This document shows positions 7,251 through 15,512 of a stretch of DNA of 45,072 nt, one piece after another. Within the stretch, counting starts at the first letter, position 1. Every line of letters begins with the position of its first letter. The stretch spans positions 1 to 45,072 of the IMG/VR virus record IMGVR_UViG_3300038393_000428. The stretch is one strand, 5' to 3'. The notes beneath the pieces were generated by a model. That model made no database searches, was not told the DNA's origin, and worked only from the letters and a program-made list of their open reading frames with translations. The stretch comes from a virus. Taxonomy: Duplodnaviria; Caudoviricetes. The position numbers and the translations under genes were made by a program.

Positions 7251-8048
7251 TTAGGCGGCAAGCTGCAGGGCGACCGGATGGTCGACCACGAAGCCGGTGG
7301 TGTCGTGACGGGCGTTGCCCTTGGCGTAGAGGCCGACGATCACGCCCTTGGGATCGAGAAAGCGCAGATCGCTATCGTCGCCGTCGATCACAGGGTGACC
7401 AAGGAAGCCAATCTTGCGCCATGCGTCCCTCGCCCCTTCGGAGCGGAACACGGCGGCGACGTTCAGGCCATTGGCAAGCGCGGCCCGGGCCTTCGCCTCA
7501 TTCCCGTCAGCAAGGCTGAACGTGACGCTGTAGTTGGCAGGCAGATCGCGCCGGTTGGCGAGCTTCGTGTAGTCATAGAAGCGGACGTTCGGGAAGTGAT
7601 CGAAGATCGACTTGCCGTCCAGATGGAACGCCGAGGCCTCCCAACGAATGTCAGAGGTGCCGTTGAGGCGAACGCAGGGCACAAGCCCCGCCTTCTCAAC
7701 CTTGCGGATGAACGCTGCGATTTCCTTGTGGAGCCGCTGCAGGAACGCTTGGCGGTCCTGAAAGAGATAGGCAGTGCGAGCGATCCGCGCCGCCTGAACG
7801 GCATTGGAACGCGCCCCTGACTTGACGCTGTCATAGGTGACGATGCCGCCCTTGGCGATGCCGCCGTGCCCTGCCGTATTGAGGCAAGCCGCCTTGCACC
7901 CTGCCGTTGCGCCGGGACACGTGTTCCATCCCGACAGATCAGCCGGTGCGAGGTGAAGGATCGCCGTTGCGAAACCGTACTTGGCCCCCTTGTCGGTCTT
8001 AGGATTGCCGGAGGTGGTCAGGAGACGCATGAAACCCAGATCACTCAT
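7251..8048 (-). CDS. Cys-rich GP88-like protein, first early gene
   Basis: CPGATAGCKAAC cluster, RLNGTSD and FYDYTK motifs; family name from recall; GAGG RBS. Confidence 0.7.
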   Translation of the reverse strand: MSDLGFMRLLTTSGNPKTDKGAKYGFATAILHLAPADLSGWNTCPGATAGCKAACLNTAGHGGIAKGGIVTYDSVKSGARSNAVQAARIARTAYLFQDRQAFLQRLHKEIAAFIRKVEKAGLVPCVRLNGTSDIRWEASAFHLDGKSIFDHFPNVRFYDYTKLANRRDLPANYSVTFSLADGNEAKARAALANGLNVAAVFRSEGARDAWRKIGFLGHPVIDGDDSDLRFLDPKGVIVGLYAKGNARHDTTGFVVDHPVALQLAA

Positions 8049-8084
8049 GTTACTGTCCTCTTCTGTCTAATCGAAGTGTTGGTT

Positions 8085-8410
8085 GAACGGTTATCGGAAC
8101 GGTGCCCTTAGGCACCGCTCGGGAAACCGGCGGCCCCTTGTGATCGGGACCGCTACGCGCCGCCCCTGTCACTAGGAGACGACAGCAACGACGCGGGTTC
8201 GGTTGTTGTGCTTTCCGGCCTGATCCGCAGGAGGCACTGGACGTCGTCCGACGTTCGCCCCCTGTCTTTTCCGGGTTCATCCCCTAGCTACCGCGTCCAC
8301 CTGTCTCGTCAGGAGAGGAGCCTCGCTAGGTTTGGCCGTTGGACCGTAGGTCCCTATGCTTGGCCCCGTGCCTTGGGCCGTACCGGCGGAGTGTCTCGCC
8401 CCGTCCGGTG
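8085..8410 (-). ncRNA. Candidate structured RNA leader of the early transcript
   Basis: About eight consecutive hairpins with several G-U pairs valid only on the minus strand; no credible ORF. Confidence 0.65.
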
Positions 8411-8416
8411 ATCCTG

Positions 8417-8445
8417 CTTATCTGCTTACTCGAACTATCTGTCAA
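8417..8445 (-). promoter_or_regulatory. Host sigma70-type early promoter TTGACA-N17-GATAAG
   Basis: Perfect -35, 17-nt spacer, A/T tracts upstream, faces the early operon. Confidence 0.8.
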
Positions 8446-8527
8446 ATACTTTTTTTCGAGATCCATAACTTTATTGCTAGATCGCTGAAAAACAAACGGA
8501 AAAAAATGCAGGGGAGACGTGAAAAAC

Positions 8528-8755
8528 GATCACTGGCCGTGAAAAATGATCCCTGCCGGTGCCTGCCGGTGCGCTTTGATCCCTGCCCTGCCGATCACTG
8601 CCGGTGCCCTGCCGGTGCGCTGTAGGATCACTGCCGGTGCGCTGAAGCGGCAGGATCAAAAAAGCAGGGTAAAGCGGAAGGACGCGCACACGTACACGCG
8701 CACCTGGGCGTAGCCCCTGCCGTGTCCCTATGAGCCCTGCCAGTGTCCCTGCCGC
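8528..8755. repeat. Short direct repeat array (CTGCCGGTGC x5, further CCCTGCC copies)
   Basis: CTGCCGGTGC at 8553, 8563, 8598, 8609, 8631; lies between terminase and early promoter where T7-like termini are expected. Confidence 0.85.
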
Positions 8756-8980
8756 TACTCATTGCCATGCGTTGTGGGATTAGATTGGCTGTTTTCCGCC
8801 ATTCCCATGCAATCGCGCCATGTATCGTGCCATGCGGAAAGCCTCAGGCACCCTGCCCTGCCCACATAGGCAAGCCGATGGAGACCCTGCCGCCCCCGCC
8901 CCGCCCCCTACGGGGGAGTGCGCTGGACGCCTGTGCGTATATGCCGCTTCGTAATTTTGCACCGAAAGTGACCGACCCCC

Positions 8981-9003
8981 AATTAACCCCCACCCTCGGA
9001 GGG
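8981..9003 (+). promoter_or_regulatory. Inverted phage RNAP promoter (AATTAACCCCCACCCTCGGAGGG)
   Basis: 22/23 identical to the late promoter at 31742-31764 but on the opposite strand. Confidence 0.85.
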
Positions 9004-9142
9004 TGAGATATGGAAGGTGTAACCTTAGGTACTGTGGTCTCCTTCGGTGAACACCGTAGGTGGATGGGATCAAGGATGTGGGGGAGGAGTTACCCCCCTC
9101 CCCCTTCAGTCCCCCTGCAGTGACCCGTGAGAGCCCTGCTGG

Positions 9143-10876
9143 TTATCGTCGGGATCGACCCCTACTCATGGGCCGACCAACTCCCCTACGGGCTGCTAGG
9201 CCTGTGGGCTTGCGCTCGAAGCTCGCGCCTACCGACCAGCTGAAGAAGCGGGCTTCGGCTTCAGCCTCTGCCTTTTTCCTGCGCTCGTCCTCTGCCTTTT
9301 TTGCGTCAGCGTTGAGGTACTCGACCCAGTGACTGACGCCTGCAGCGAGGACGTCGACCATGTCGTCGTGCTTGAGGGCACCACGGGCGGCGGTCATGTG
9401 GGTGAGCTGATAGAGACCCTTGTGGACGGTCGGCTGCTTCAGGTCGGCTTCGAGGACCTTCCGGTCCATCACCAGCCTGTGCTGCTTCATGACGGGCTCT
9501 AGGGCACCGATCACACGCAGCTCCTTCTGGCCGACAGCGCGCTTGCCCTCGATCCTGCAGGGGTGAACCCTGTGGACCCACGGCTCCAGCAGCTTGCCGA
9601 ACATGCCGTCACCGAAGTTGTCCTCGGGGACGATGATGTTCACCTCGAAGTCCCTAGCGATCTCCGCCAGTGCCCTGAGGGTGTCGTCGCCATAGCCGTC
9701 TTGGAAGCCTCCCCACGCCAGCACGAAGATGTACCCAGCGAGGAACTTCGTGACCACGTAGGTGGTCCGATCTCGGCCTCGACCTGAAGGGTCGATGTGC
9801 ATCGCAGTGCCGGTGTACGGGAGGTAGTCGTCGCTGATCTGCAGGGGTCGGTAGAGCCGATCCCCGTCGAACCCGACGTTCTCCATCTCCTTGATCGTCA
9901 GCTCGGGGTTCCGAGCCCAGATGAAGCGAGCTGGTCCGACCTTCTTGTCTAGGTCGTGGACGATCAGGTCCTGAGACTTGAGCGGGTACTTCTCCGCGTC
10001 CGACAGCGAGGTGTCGAGCTGGAACTGCAGGAGGAAGCCCGCAGCCTTGTACTCGTTCTCACGCTCGATCAGGTCGAAGTCGGTGAAGCGCGCAGGATCG
10101 GTCGGGGCTCCGCCCAGAGTGGATCCGGTACACTTCCCCAGATCAGGGGCCTGCTCCAGGTCGGCCCGCAGCATGGGCGCGAGGAAGTCCCCGTAGTTCC
10201 CCCTCTTCTCCCCTGAGGGATACCGAGCGGGCCAGATGCGGACGTCGTAGCCCTTCTCCGGCAGTGCCCTGTAGATCGACTGCTCGGTCTGCGGGGTGCC
10301 GAGGTAGACGATCTCGCCCCCCGGCTTGGTGATAGCGGCGTACTCGCGGGTCTTGGCTTCGAGCTTCTCCCGCATGGTCTCCGTCTCGGAGTTCTTCGGG
10401 ACCTCGACGTCGTCCGAGATCGTGAGGTCAGCACGGCTACCCGTGAGCTGGCCGACGATGGACATCGCCTTGACCGACGGTGACTTGTCGGGCTTCGCAG
10501 CTCCGACGTCGAACGCCAGTGTCGACTGCCGCTGGTTGGGGCGCGAGCGCAGCTCGGCCCAGAGGTCGTCCCCGGCAGGGTGATCGATGATCTGCTTGAT
10601 GAAGCCCGCGATCTCGACCGCCAGTGTCTCGTTGGCGGAGACGATGGCGACCTTGAGGTCGGGGTTCTTCCAGAGCCGCCAGACCACGTAGGCGGCGGTG
10701 ATGAAGGTCTTGCCCACCCCACGGAACGCCTGAATGAACCGGCGGCGCGGACCCTCGGAGAGGTAGCGAGCAATGTCGTACTGTACGCGGGTCGGCTCCG
10801 GCAACTGCAGGAGCGCGGTCCAGACGTACCAGAGGAACTTCAGGAAGCTCCCCTGGAGTATGTCTCGGGAGGACAT
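9143..10876 (-). CDS. terL: Terminase large subunit (T7 gp19-like)
   Basis: QAFRGVGKT Walker A, GSRAD...DDVE Walker B, LGTPQ, IDPSGRGRD, HDDMVD. Confidence 0.97.
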   Translation of the reverse strand: MSSRDILQGSFLKFLWYVWTALLQLPEPTRVQYDIARYLSEGPRRRFIQAFRGVGKTFITAAYVVWRLWKNPDLKVAIVSANETLAVEIAGFIKQIIDHPAGDDLWAELRSRPNQRQSTLAFDVGAAKPDKSPSVKAMSIVGQLTGSRADLTISDDVEVPKNSETETMREKLEAKTREYAAITKPGGEIVYLGTPQTEQSIYRALPEKGYDVRIWPARYPSGEKRGNYGDFLAPMLRADLEQAPDLGKCTGSTLGGAPTDPARFTDFDLIERENEYKAAGFLLQFQLDTSLSDAEKYPLKSQDLIVHDLDKKVGPARFIWARNPELTIKEMENVGFDGDRLYRPLQISDDYLPYTGTAMHIDPSGRGRDRTTYVVTKFLAGYIFVLAWGGFQDGYGDDTLRALAEIARDFEVNIIVPEDNFGDGMFGKLLEPWVHRVHPCRIEGKRAVGQKELRVIGALEPVMKQHRLVMDRKVLEADLKQPTVHKGLYQLTHMTAARGALKHDDMVDVLAAGVSHWVEYLNADAKKAEDERRKKAEAEAEARFFSWSVGASFERKPTGLAARRGVGRPMSRGRSRR

Positions 10877-11142
10877 CAGTGCCGCAGAGCGGCCTCCTGA
10901 TCGACGTCCACGTTCAGCTTGGACAACTGGTCGGCCAGTAGGTCGACCTTCTTGTTCGCCGCCGGAGCGTCGATGCCATTGTCCTTCAGGAACTTCATGG
11001 CCTTGTCGAGGAGCTGGGGGTTGATCGGGATCGGATTGTCGTTCTCGTCGCGAGCGTCGAACGCCCGCTGCAGTTCCTGCTTGAGGCTGTCAGCGACGAG
11101 CCCGTGGATCAGGTCCATCAGGTCTGGAGCTGCACGGCTCAT
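10876..11142 (-). CDS. terS: Terminase small subunit (gp18-like)
   Basis: KFLKDNGI motif; coupled to terL. Confidence 0.9.
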   Translation of the reverse strand: MSRAAPDLMDLIHGLVADSLKQELQRAFDARDENDNPIPINPQLLDKAMKFLKDNGIDAPAANKKVDLLADQLSKLNVDVDQEAALRH

Positions 11143-11143
11143 G

Positions 11144-11260
11144 CTAAAGCACCAGCAGCAGTACAGAGACGACGACGACGAGAGCCAGCGGCAGAAGGCA
11201 CCCAATTACGGGCAACCACGCTAGCTGATCCTCGGCGGTCTCGGGGTGGAACAAGCTCAT
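11144..11260 (-). CDS. 38-aa membrane protein (MSLFHPETAEDQLAWLPVIGCLLPLALVVVVSVLLLVL)
   Basis: Fills the gap exactly, GGGAG RBS, C-terminal hydrophobic helix. Confidence 0.65.
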   Translation of the reverse strand: MSLFHPETAEDQLAWLPVIGCLLPLALVVVVSVLLLVL

Positions 11261-11261
11261 G

Positions 11262-11477
11262 TTACTTCTCCCGTTGGGCTTCGAGGCGGATGACGGCGTC
11301 GTGCGTCTCCTTCACATCCTTCTGGATTTGAGGGAGCATCTGGGCCGCAGCCTCGATCTGCTCGTCTTGGCGAGCGTCGTTGATCTTCAGACCGATCAGG
11401 GTGGACCCGCCGCCGAGTACGGCAGCAGTCGTGATCGCGGTGACCAAGTGTTCCTTGATTGCACTTAGGTTGATCAT
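11262..11477 (-). CDS. Membrane-anchored coiled-coil protein, possible holin (71 aa)
   Basis: N-terminal hydrophobic segment plus coiled coil; T7 gp17.5 position. Confidence 0.6.
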   Translation of the reverse strand: MINLSAIKEHLVTAITTAAVLGGGSTLIGLKINDARQDEQIEAAAQMLPQIQKDVKETHDAVIRLEAQREK

Positions 11478-11570
11478 GACGGAGTCGCGCCAGTGCGCGT
11501 CCGACCATGAGCGCACGAAGGCGCTCTCGCCTCGTTGGCGGGTCCATAGTTCATTGATGATCCTGATAGG

Positions 11571-12014
11571 TTAGACGGTGGCCGTCAGATTGATGGTGTA
11601 GTTCTTCGTCACGCCGTTGGCCGTCCCGGTGACCGTGAAGGTGCAGCTGTTCTGTACCCACGGGTCGTCGGGCGACGGCTGCTGCCCTGCGGGGGTTTGC
11701 TGATAGGCGTTACAGGTGAAGGTGATGCTCGTCGCCGATCCGCCAGAGGCGAGGCTCGCAGAGCAGTGACTGTCGCCACTCTTCGTCCACGTCCACGTCG
11801 CCGCTTGGGAGCAGCTGATCGTGTATGACGCCGTCTCAAAGCCGGAGGCGCTGTAGGTGCCCGCGTCGGGCGTGAAGGTCAGCGAGGCGTAGGCCTGCTT
11901 CCAGACCGTGCCGTCCTTGACCCAGACTTCCAGAACTGGCTTCCAGGTCGCACCATCCTTGACGTAGGGGGACGCAGATTTCCACGTCCCCCCGTCGTTC
12001 ACATGAGTGGTCAT
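11571..12014 (-). CDS. Tail-fibre-associated beta-rich protein
   Basis: Three (K/N)DGxxWK repeats at the N-terminus; coupled to the fibre gene. Confidence 0.75.
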   Translation of the reverse strand: MTTHVNDGGTWKSASPYVKDGATWKPVLEVWVKDGTVWKQAYASLTFTPDAGTYSASGFETASYTISCSQAATWTWTKSGDSHCSASLASGGSATSITFTCNAYQQTPAGQQPSPDDPWVQNSCTFTVTGTANGVTKNYTINLTATV

Positions 12015-14311
12015 ACCTTGAACCAGACGTCGCCGTCAGCGCCACCCGAGGGGGCCGCTGTAGAGATGGTGCATTTCCCGCCAGCCCTAGAGCCTGTCCA
12101 CGACAGGACTCGCCCGCCGTTGTCCTTCAGGCCCGCCGTGCCGTTCCAATCGGCATTGCCGGTGGACTGATGGAGCCAGTAGCCCCACTGAGCCGAGGCA
12201 GCTGAGTTGGCGATCTGGAAGTAGGCGTTGCCGGTGGTGCCGTTGGCGCGCAGCTGGATGCCGCCCGTCGTTCCATTGTTGGGGGTGTTGGCGTAGAGGG
12301 TCCCAAGGATGGTGGCCGCGCTATCAACCTGAAGCTGTCCGTTGACGTGGACCGCGCCGTTGTTGAAGTGATACCAGCTGTTGTCCCAGTAGCAGTAGTG
12401 GCTGTTACCTTGGTTGCCGAAGTAGATGACGCCGGTCCCGTCGCCACGATCCGCGACGATGTCGTGGACGTAGGTGGTCCCAGAGACCGTCAGGCTCGTT
12501 CCAATGGTCACGTTGCCGCTTGTGAGGTCGAGCATGAACGGGCGCGTGGTGTCCCAAGTCCCGCTCGGTGCCGTACTCGCGGCAGTCTTGAGCATGTAGA
12601 ACGTGGAGCCGTCGTTGCGGAAGATCAGCGACGGGTTCGAGGCGGTCCCGAACTTCATGATGATTTGGTTATTGGCCGCAGTGAAGGTCTGCGTGGTCGT
12701 GAAGTTCCACTGGTAGCCCGAGGTCACCGTACCGTCTGCGTTGATCCAGATGCTGTTGTTGTTGTTCGCGCCGAGGACGAGCATCCCCTTCCCCGGCTGC
12801 GTCCGGATGTAGGCGTTCGACCCGTCATGCTGGAGCATGAGGTTCGCGCTGCCGCCACCGATGTATACCTGGGTAGCCCAGAGGTACGCCACGTCGCTCG
12901 TCGGATCGAGCGTGAGGTCGCCAACGCTGTTGGCCTGGATGCGAGCCTTGAAGTCCGCGCCGTCTGCGGTCGGGCTGTGGAAGTCTATGTAGTTACCGAC
13001 CTCCATTCCACCGTCGCCACCAATGATGGGGACGTTGGTGAGCCGCGCCGTGTCAATCTTTCCGTTGCCATCGAGCTTCAGCAGGCCGTTGGCCGCGTTC
13101 AGCGCAGCGCCGTTCAGGTTGAGGACCGTGCCGTTGACGTTGATGCCCCCGTTGATGACCTGAAGCTCACCTTGAGGGGTCGAGCCGTCAGTCGCGAAGC
13201 GGCGAAGCGTCAGGATGTCGCCAGCGCGATCCCAGAAGATAATGCCTTGGTTGCCGCCGACGTCGTCGGTGAACCAGAGGTTCGAGTTGTTCGCAGAGCC
13301 AGCGGCCTTCACCGCGCCGTTTACCGACGTGACGTAGGAGCCTGCCGCCTGCTTTCCGTCGAGCGCCGTCTGTAGCCCAGTTACGTCCGCAATGACGTGG
13401 GTGTGAACCAACGCAGCCTTTCCGTCGAGCGCCGTCTGGAGCCCAGTGACGTTGGCGATGGTGTGCGTGTGCGAGAGGGCAGCGAAGAGGTCCGACAGGT
13501 CCACCGCGCCGACCCTGCCGTTCACTGACAGGACCGCATCGATGGGCGTCCGCAGCAGCGTCCAATCGGACATCGTGCCGGTCGTGCCGGAGTTGCGGAT
13601 GTAGCTCTTGTTCTCGTCCGTGCGAACGCAGACGTCGCCACGCTGAGTGACGAGCCCGAGCTGCTCGGCCTGCGAAGCTGCCGTGTAGGTGTCGATGAGG
13701 GCAATCGCCGGTATCTGGTTGAACGGCAGCTGGCCCGCCGAGTCCAGCGTTGCGAGCCCGTTGGGCGCACCCTTCATGGCCGTGACGTCGTAGGACGCCG
13801 CCCGCGTGGCACTGGCGTCAGCCGCAATCGCATCGCTGTGGGCGCTCGCTGCGTCCGCTTCGATCTGCGGCCACAGGGCCGTGACGTTGGTGTTGATCGC
13901 GTCGAGGTCGAGCTGGATTGCCTCGACTGCCGCACGGTCGGCGGCGACGTCGTTCTTGTAGACCAGCGCGAGGTCCTTGGCGGAGACCGCTGCGTCACGC
14001 GCCGAGAGCGCGGTCGCGGAGTAGTCCCCGGCGGTGTCGCGGTAGCCGAGGGCCAGGTCACGGGCCGCTTCGGCGAGAAGCTGCGCCTGCGTCGAGAGCC
14101 CCGCAGGGCCCCCGACGAGGTCTTGAAGTTTCAGTAGGGAGGGCGTGAGGTAGGTGTTCCCCGACGCATCCGTCAGGGGGAACTTTCCGTCCCCGTTAGG
14201 CCCGCCGTCGACGGCACCGGCCATCCAATCCTTTAGCTGCGCTTCACGGGTGTTCCAGCTCTGGAGCAGCGCCGTGATGTTGGCAGCAATCTGTGCGGAA
14301 GTGTCGGCCAT
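12011..14311 (-). CDS. Second (long) tail fibre
   Basis: Coiled coil, SVNG and HTH(T/V)IAxVTGLQTALDGK fibre repeats, Gly/Asn-rich beta modules, DGDVWF end. Confidence 0.88.
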   Translation of the reverse strand: MADTSAQIAANITALLQSWNTREAQLKDWMAGAVDGGPNGDGKFPLTDASGNTYLTPSLLKLQDLVGGPAGLSTQAQLLAEAARDLALGYRDTAGDYSATALSARDAAVSAKDLALVYKNDVAADRAAVEAIQLDLDAINTNVTALWPQIEADAASAHSDAIAADASATRAASYDVTAMKGAPNGLATLDSAGQLPFNQIPAIALIDTYTAASQAEQLGLVTQRGDVCVRTDENKSYIRNSGTTGTMSDWTLLRTPIDAVLSVNGRVGAVDLSDLFAALSHTHTIANVTGLQTALDGKAALVHTHVIADVTGLQTALDGKQAAGSYVTSVNGAVKAAGSANNSNLWFTDDVGGNQGIIFWDRAGDILTLRRFATDGSTPQGELQVINGGINVNGTVLNLNGAALNAANGLLKLDGNGKIDTARLTNVPIIGGDGGMEVGNYIDFHSPTADGADFKARIQANSVGDLTLDPTSDVAYLWATQVYIGGGSANLMLQHDGSNAYIRTQPGKGMLVLGANNNNSIWINADGTVTSGYQWNFTTTQTFTAANNQIIMKFGTASNPSLIFRNDGSTFYMLKTAASTAPSGTWDTTRPFMLDLTSGNVTIGTSLTVSGTTYVHDIVADRGDGTGVIYFGNQGNSHYCYWDNSWYHFNNGAVHVNGQLQVDSAATILGTLYANTPNNGTTGGIQLRANGTTGNAYFQIANSAASAQWGYWLHQSTGNADWNGTAGLKDNGGRVLSWTGSRAGGKCTISTAAPSGGADGDVWFKV
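13352..13452. repeat. 66-nt-period intragenic repeat encoding fibre repeats
   Basis: ctttccgtcgagcgccgtctg at 13352 and 13418. Confidence 0.85.
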
Positions 14312-14320
14312 TGCTCGTCC

Positions 14321-14503
14321 TTATTCGGTCGGAGCGGCTGGCTCCGGAGTGGGTGCTGGCGCGGCGGCTTCGGCCTGCGCCTTGAGAACTTGCTGGACAG
14401 CGGCGAGCTGACCGAGCTGGGTGTCGATGTTCTTGAGCTGCTCCATGACGAGCGCCTTCTGCGCGAGCAGCTGAAGCTGCTGCTGCGTGACTTGTTCTTG
14501 CAT
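14321..14503 (-). CDS. Small coiled-coil protein, possible fibre chaperone (60 aa)
   Basis: AGGAG RBS; Gln/Leu heptads. Confidence 0.75.
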   Translation of the reverse strand: MQEQVTQQQLQLLAQKALVMEQLKNIDTQLGQLAAVQQVLKAQAEAAAPAPTPEPAAPTE

Positions 14504-14511
14504 TGGTACTC

Positions 14512-15228
14512 CTAGAGGTTGGTGACGTCCGCGATGATGATGTTCGGCGGAGACTCGTATGCGGCGTTGAAGTCGGGATCGAAGGTCCCGTACTGGTCGC
14601 CGGAGTGGTTGATCTGGCTGATCTGGACGTGGTTGCCCGAGACGCCGAAGCTGTAGGACGACCACACTCGCCCGTAGCAGTCGGGCGCGGGCAGCTCATG
14701 TGCGCTCGGGGCGAGGCCGTCGGTCCAACTCATGTTGTTCCCGAAGGTCCCAAGGATCGCCGCGTAGGTCCTCCCGGCGTCGTAGTAGACGTCTCCGGAG
14801 CTACCGTCGTGAATGACGTCGCGGATGCGGAGCGGCTTGTTCTGGATTGAGTAGCAGAGCGCCCCGACCGCGTCGTAGACCTCAAGGCCGTAGCCCGGGC
14901 CGACCGGCGGTGCGGGTGGTACGTCGAACACCCAGTAGTCCACAATGGTCCCGACAGGGGCCGAGACGTTGAACTTCCAAGTCGCCGACCCATTCACCAC
15001 GCCGCCGCCGAGGTACATCCCCTGTGCCCCGCCGCGCACCGAGAAGGCCAGCATGGGCTTCTGCGAGCTGGCAGGGACGGTCAGCAGCGCGGCGCTCCCT
15101 GCGTACTGCCATAGGGAGCCCTTCGCCACGGTGGCAAAGGACCCCTTCTGGATCATGACGTAGTTCTTGCGGTTCGAGCTAAGGAGGACCGAGCCCCAAT
15201 CGTTGTAGACCTGAAGGCCGACGGTCAT
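14512..15228 (-). CDS. Tail tip / receptor-binding accessory protein (238 aa)
   Basis: GLQVYNDWG and YGLEVYDAVG motifs like proteins following gpJ-type fibres. Confidence 0.75.
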   Translation of the reverse strand: MTVGLQVYNDWGSVLLSSNRKNYVMIQKGSFATVAKGSLWQYAGSAALLTVPASSQKPMLAFSVRGGAQGMYLGGGVVNGSATWKFNVSAPVGTIVDYWVFDVPPAPPVGPGYGLEVYDAVGALCYSIQNKPLRIRDVIHDGSSGDVYYDAGRTYAAILGTFGNNMSWTDGLAPSAHELPAPDCYGRVWSSYSFGVSGNHVQISQINHSGDQYGTFDPDFNAAYESPPNIIIADVTNL

Positions 15229-15512
15229 CAGTAGACTCCGTAGTAGATGCTCCCCGACCAGTACGGGTTGTAGGTCGCGTTCTTCTGCCAAGTCAGCGTG
15301 GTGCCCGAGATGGTCACCGTCGGCTGGTAGTCGCCGTCGCTGCTTTGCAGGAAGTAGAAGGGGGTCCCTTCGGCCAACAGCGGCTCAGTGATGGAGCCCG
15401 AGTAGGGCGCACCAGAAGCCACGGTGATTGAACCGAGGAAACCCCCTGCCCGTGTCGATGTGTCGAGGATGAGGTTGCCCGCGTCGTCCCAGACTTGGAT
15501 GCCCTGCGGCAT
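15228..15512 (-). CDS. Small tail tip accessory protein (94 aa)
   Basis: MPQGIQVWDDAGNLILD...IYYGVY; coupled at both ends. Confidence 0.78.
   Translation of the reverse strand: MPQGIQVWDDAGNLILDTSTRAGGFLGSITVASGAPYSGSITEPLLAEGTPFYFLQSSDGDYQPTVTISGTTLTWQKNATYNPYWSGSIYYGVY

Noticed and set aside
8085-8100. GAAC...GAAC resembling the alphaproteobacterial LexA box
   Set aside because: Spacer is 8 nt, not 7; the GAAC pair near 4064 also does not fit
8304-8312. CUGACGAG hammerhead-like core in the early leader
   Set aside because: No stem II leading to GAAA and no stem III/UH arrangement could be built
8528-8755. Repeat array as CRISPR
   Set aside because: Units are 7-15 nt, irregular, with no unique spacers and no cas genes
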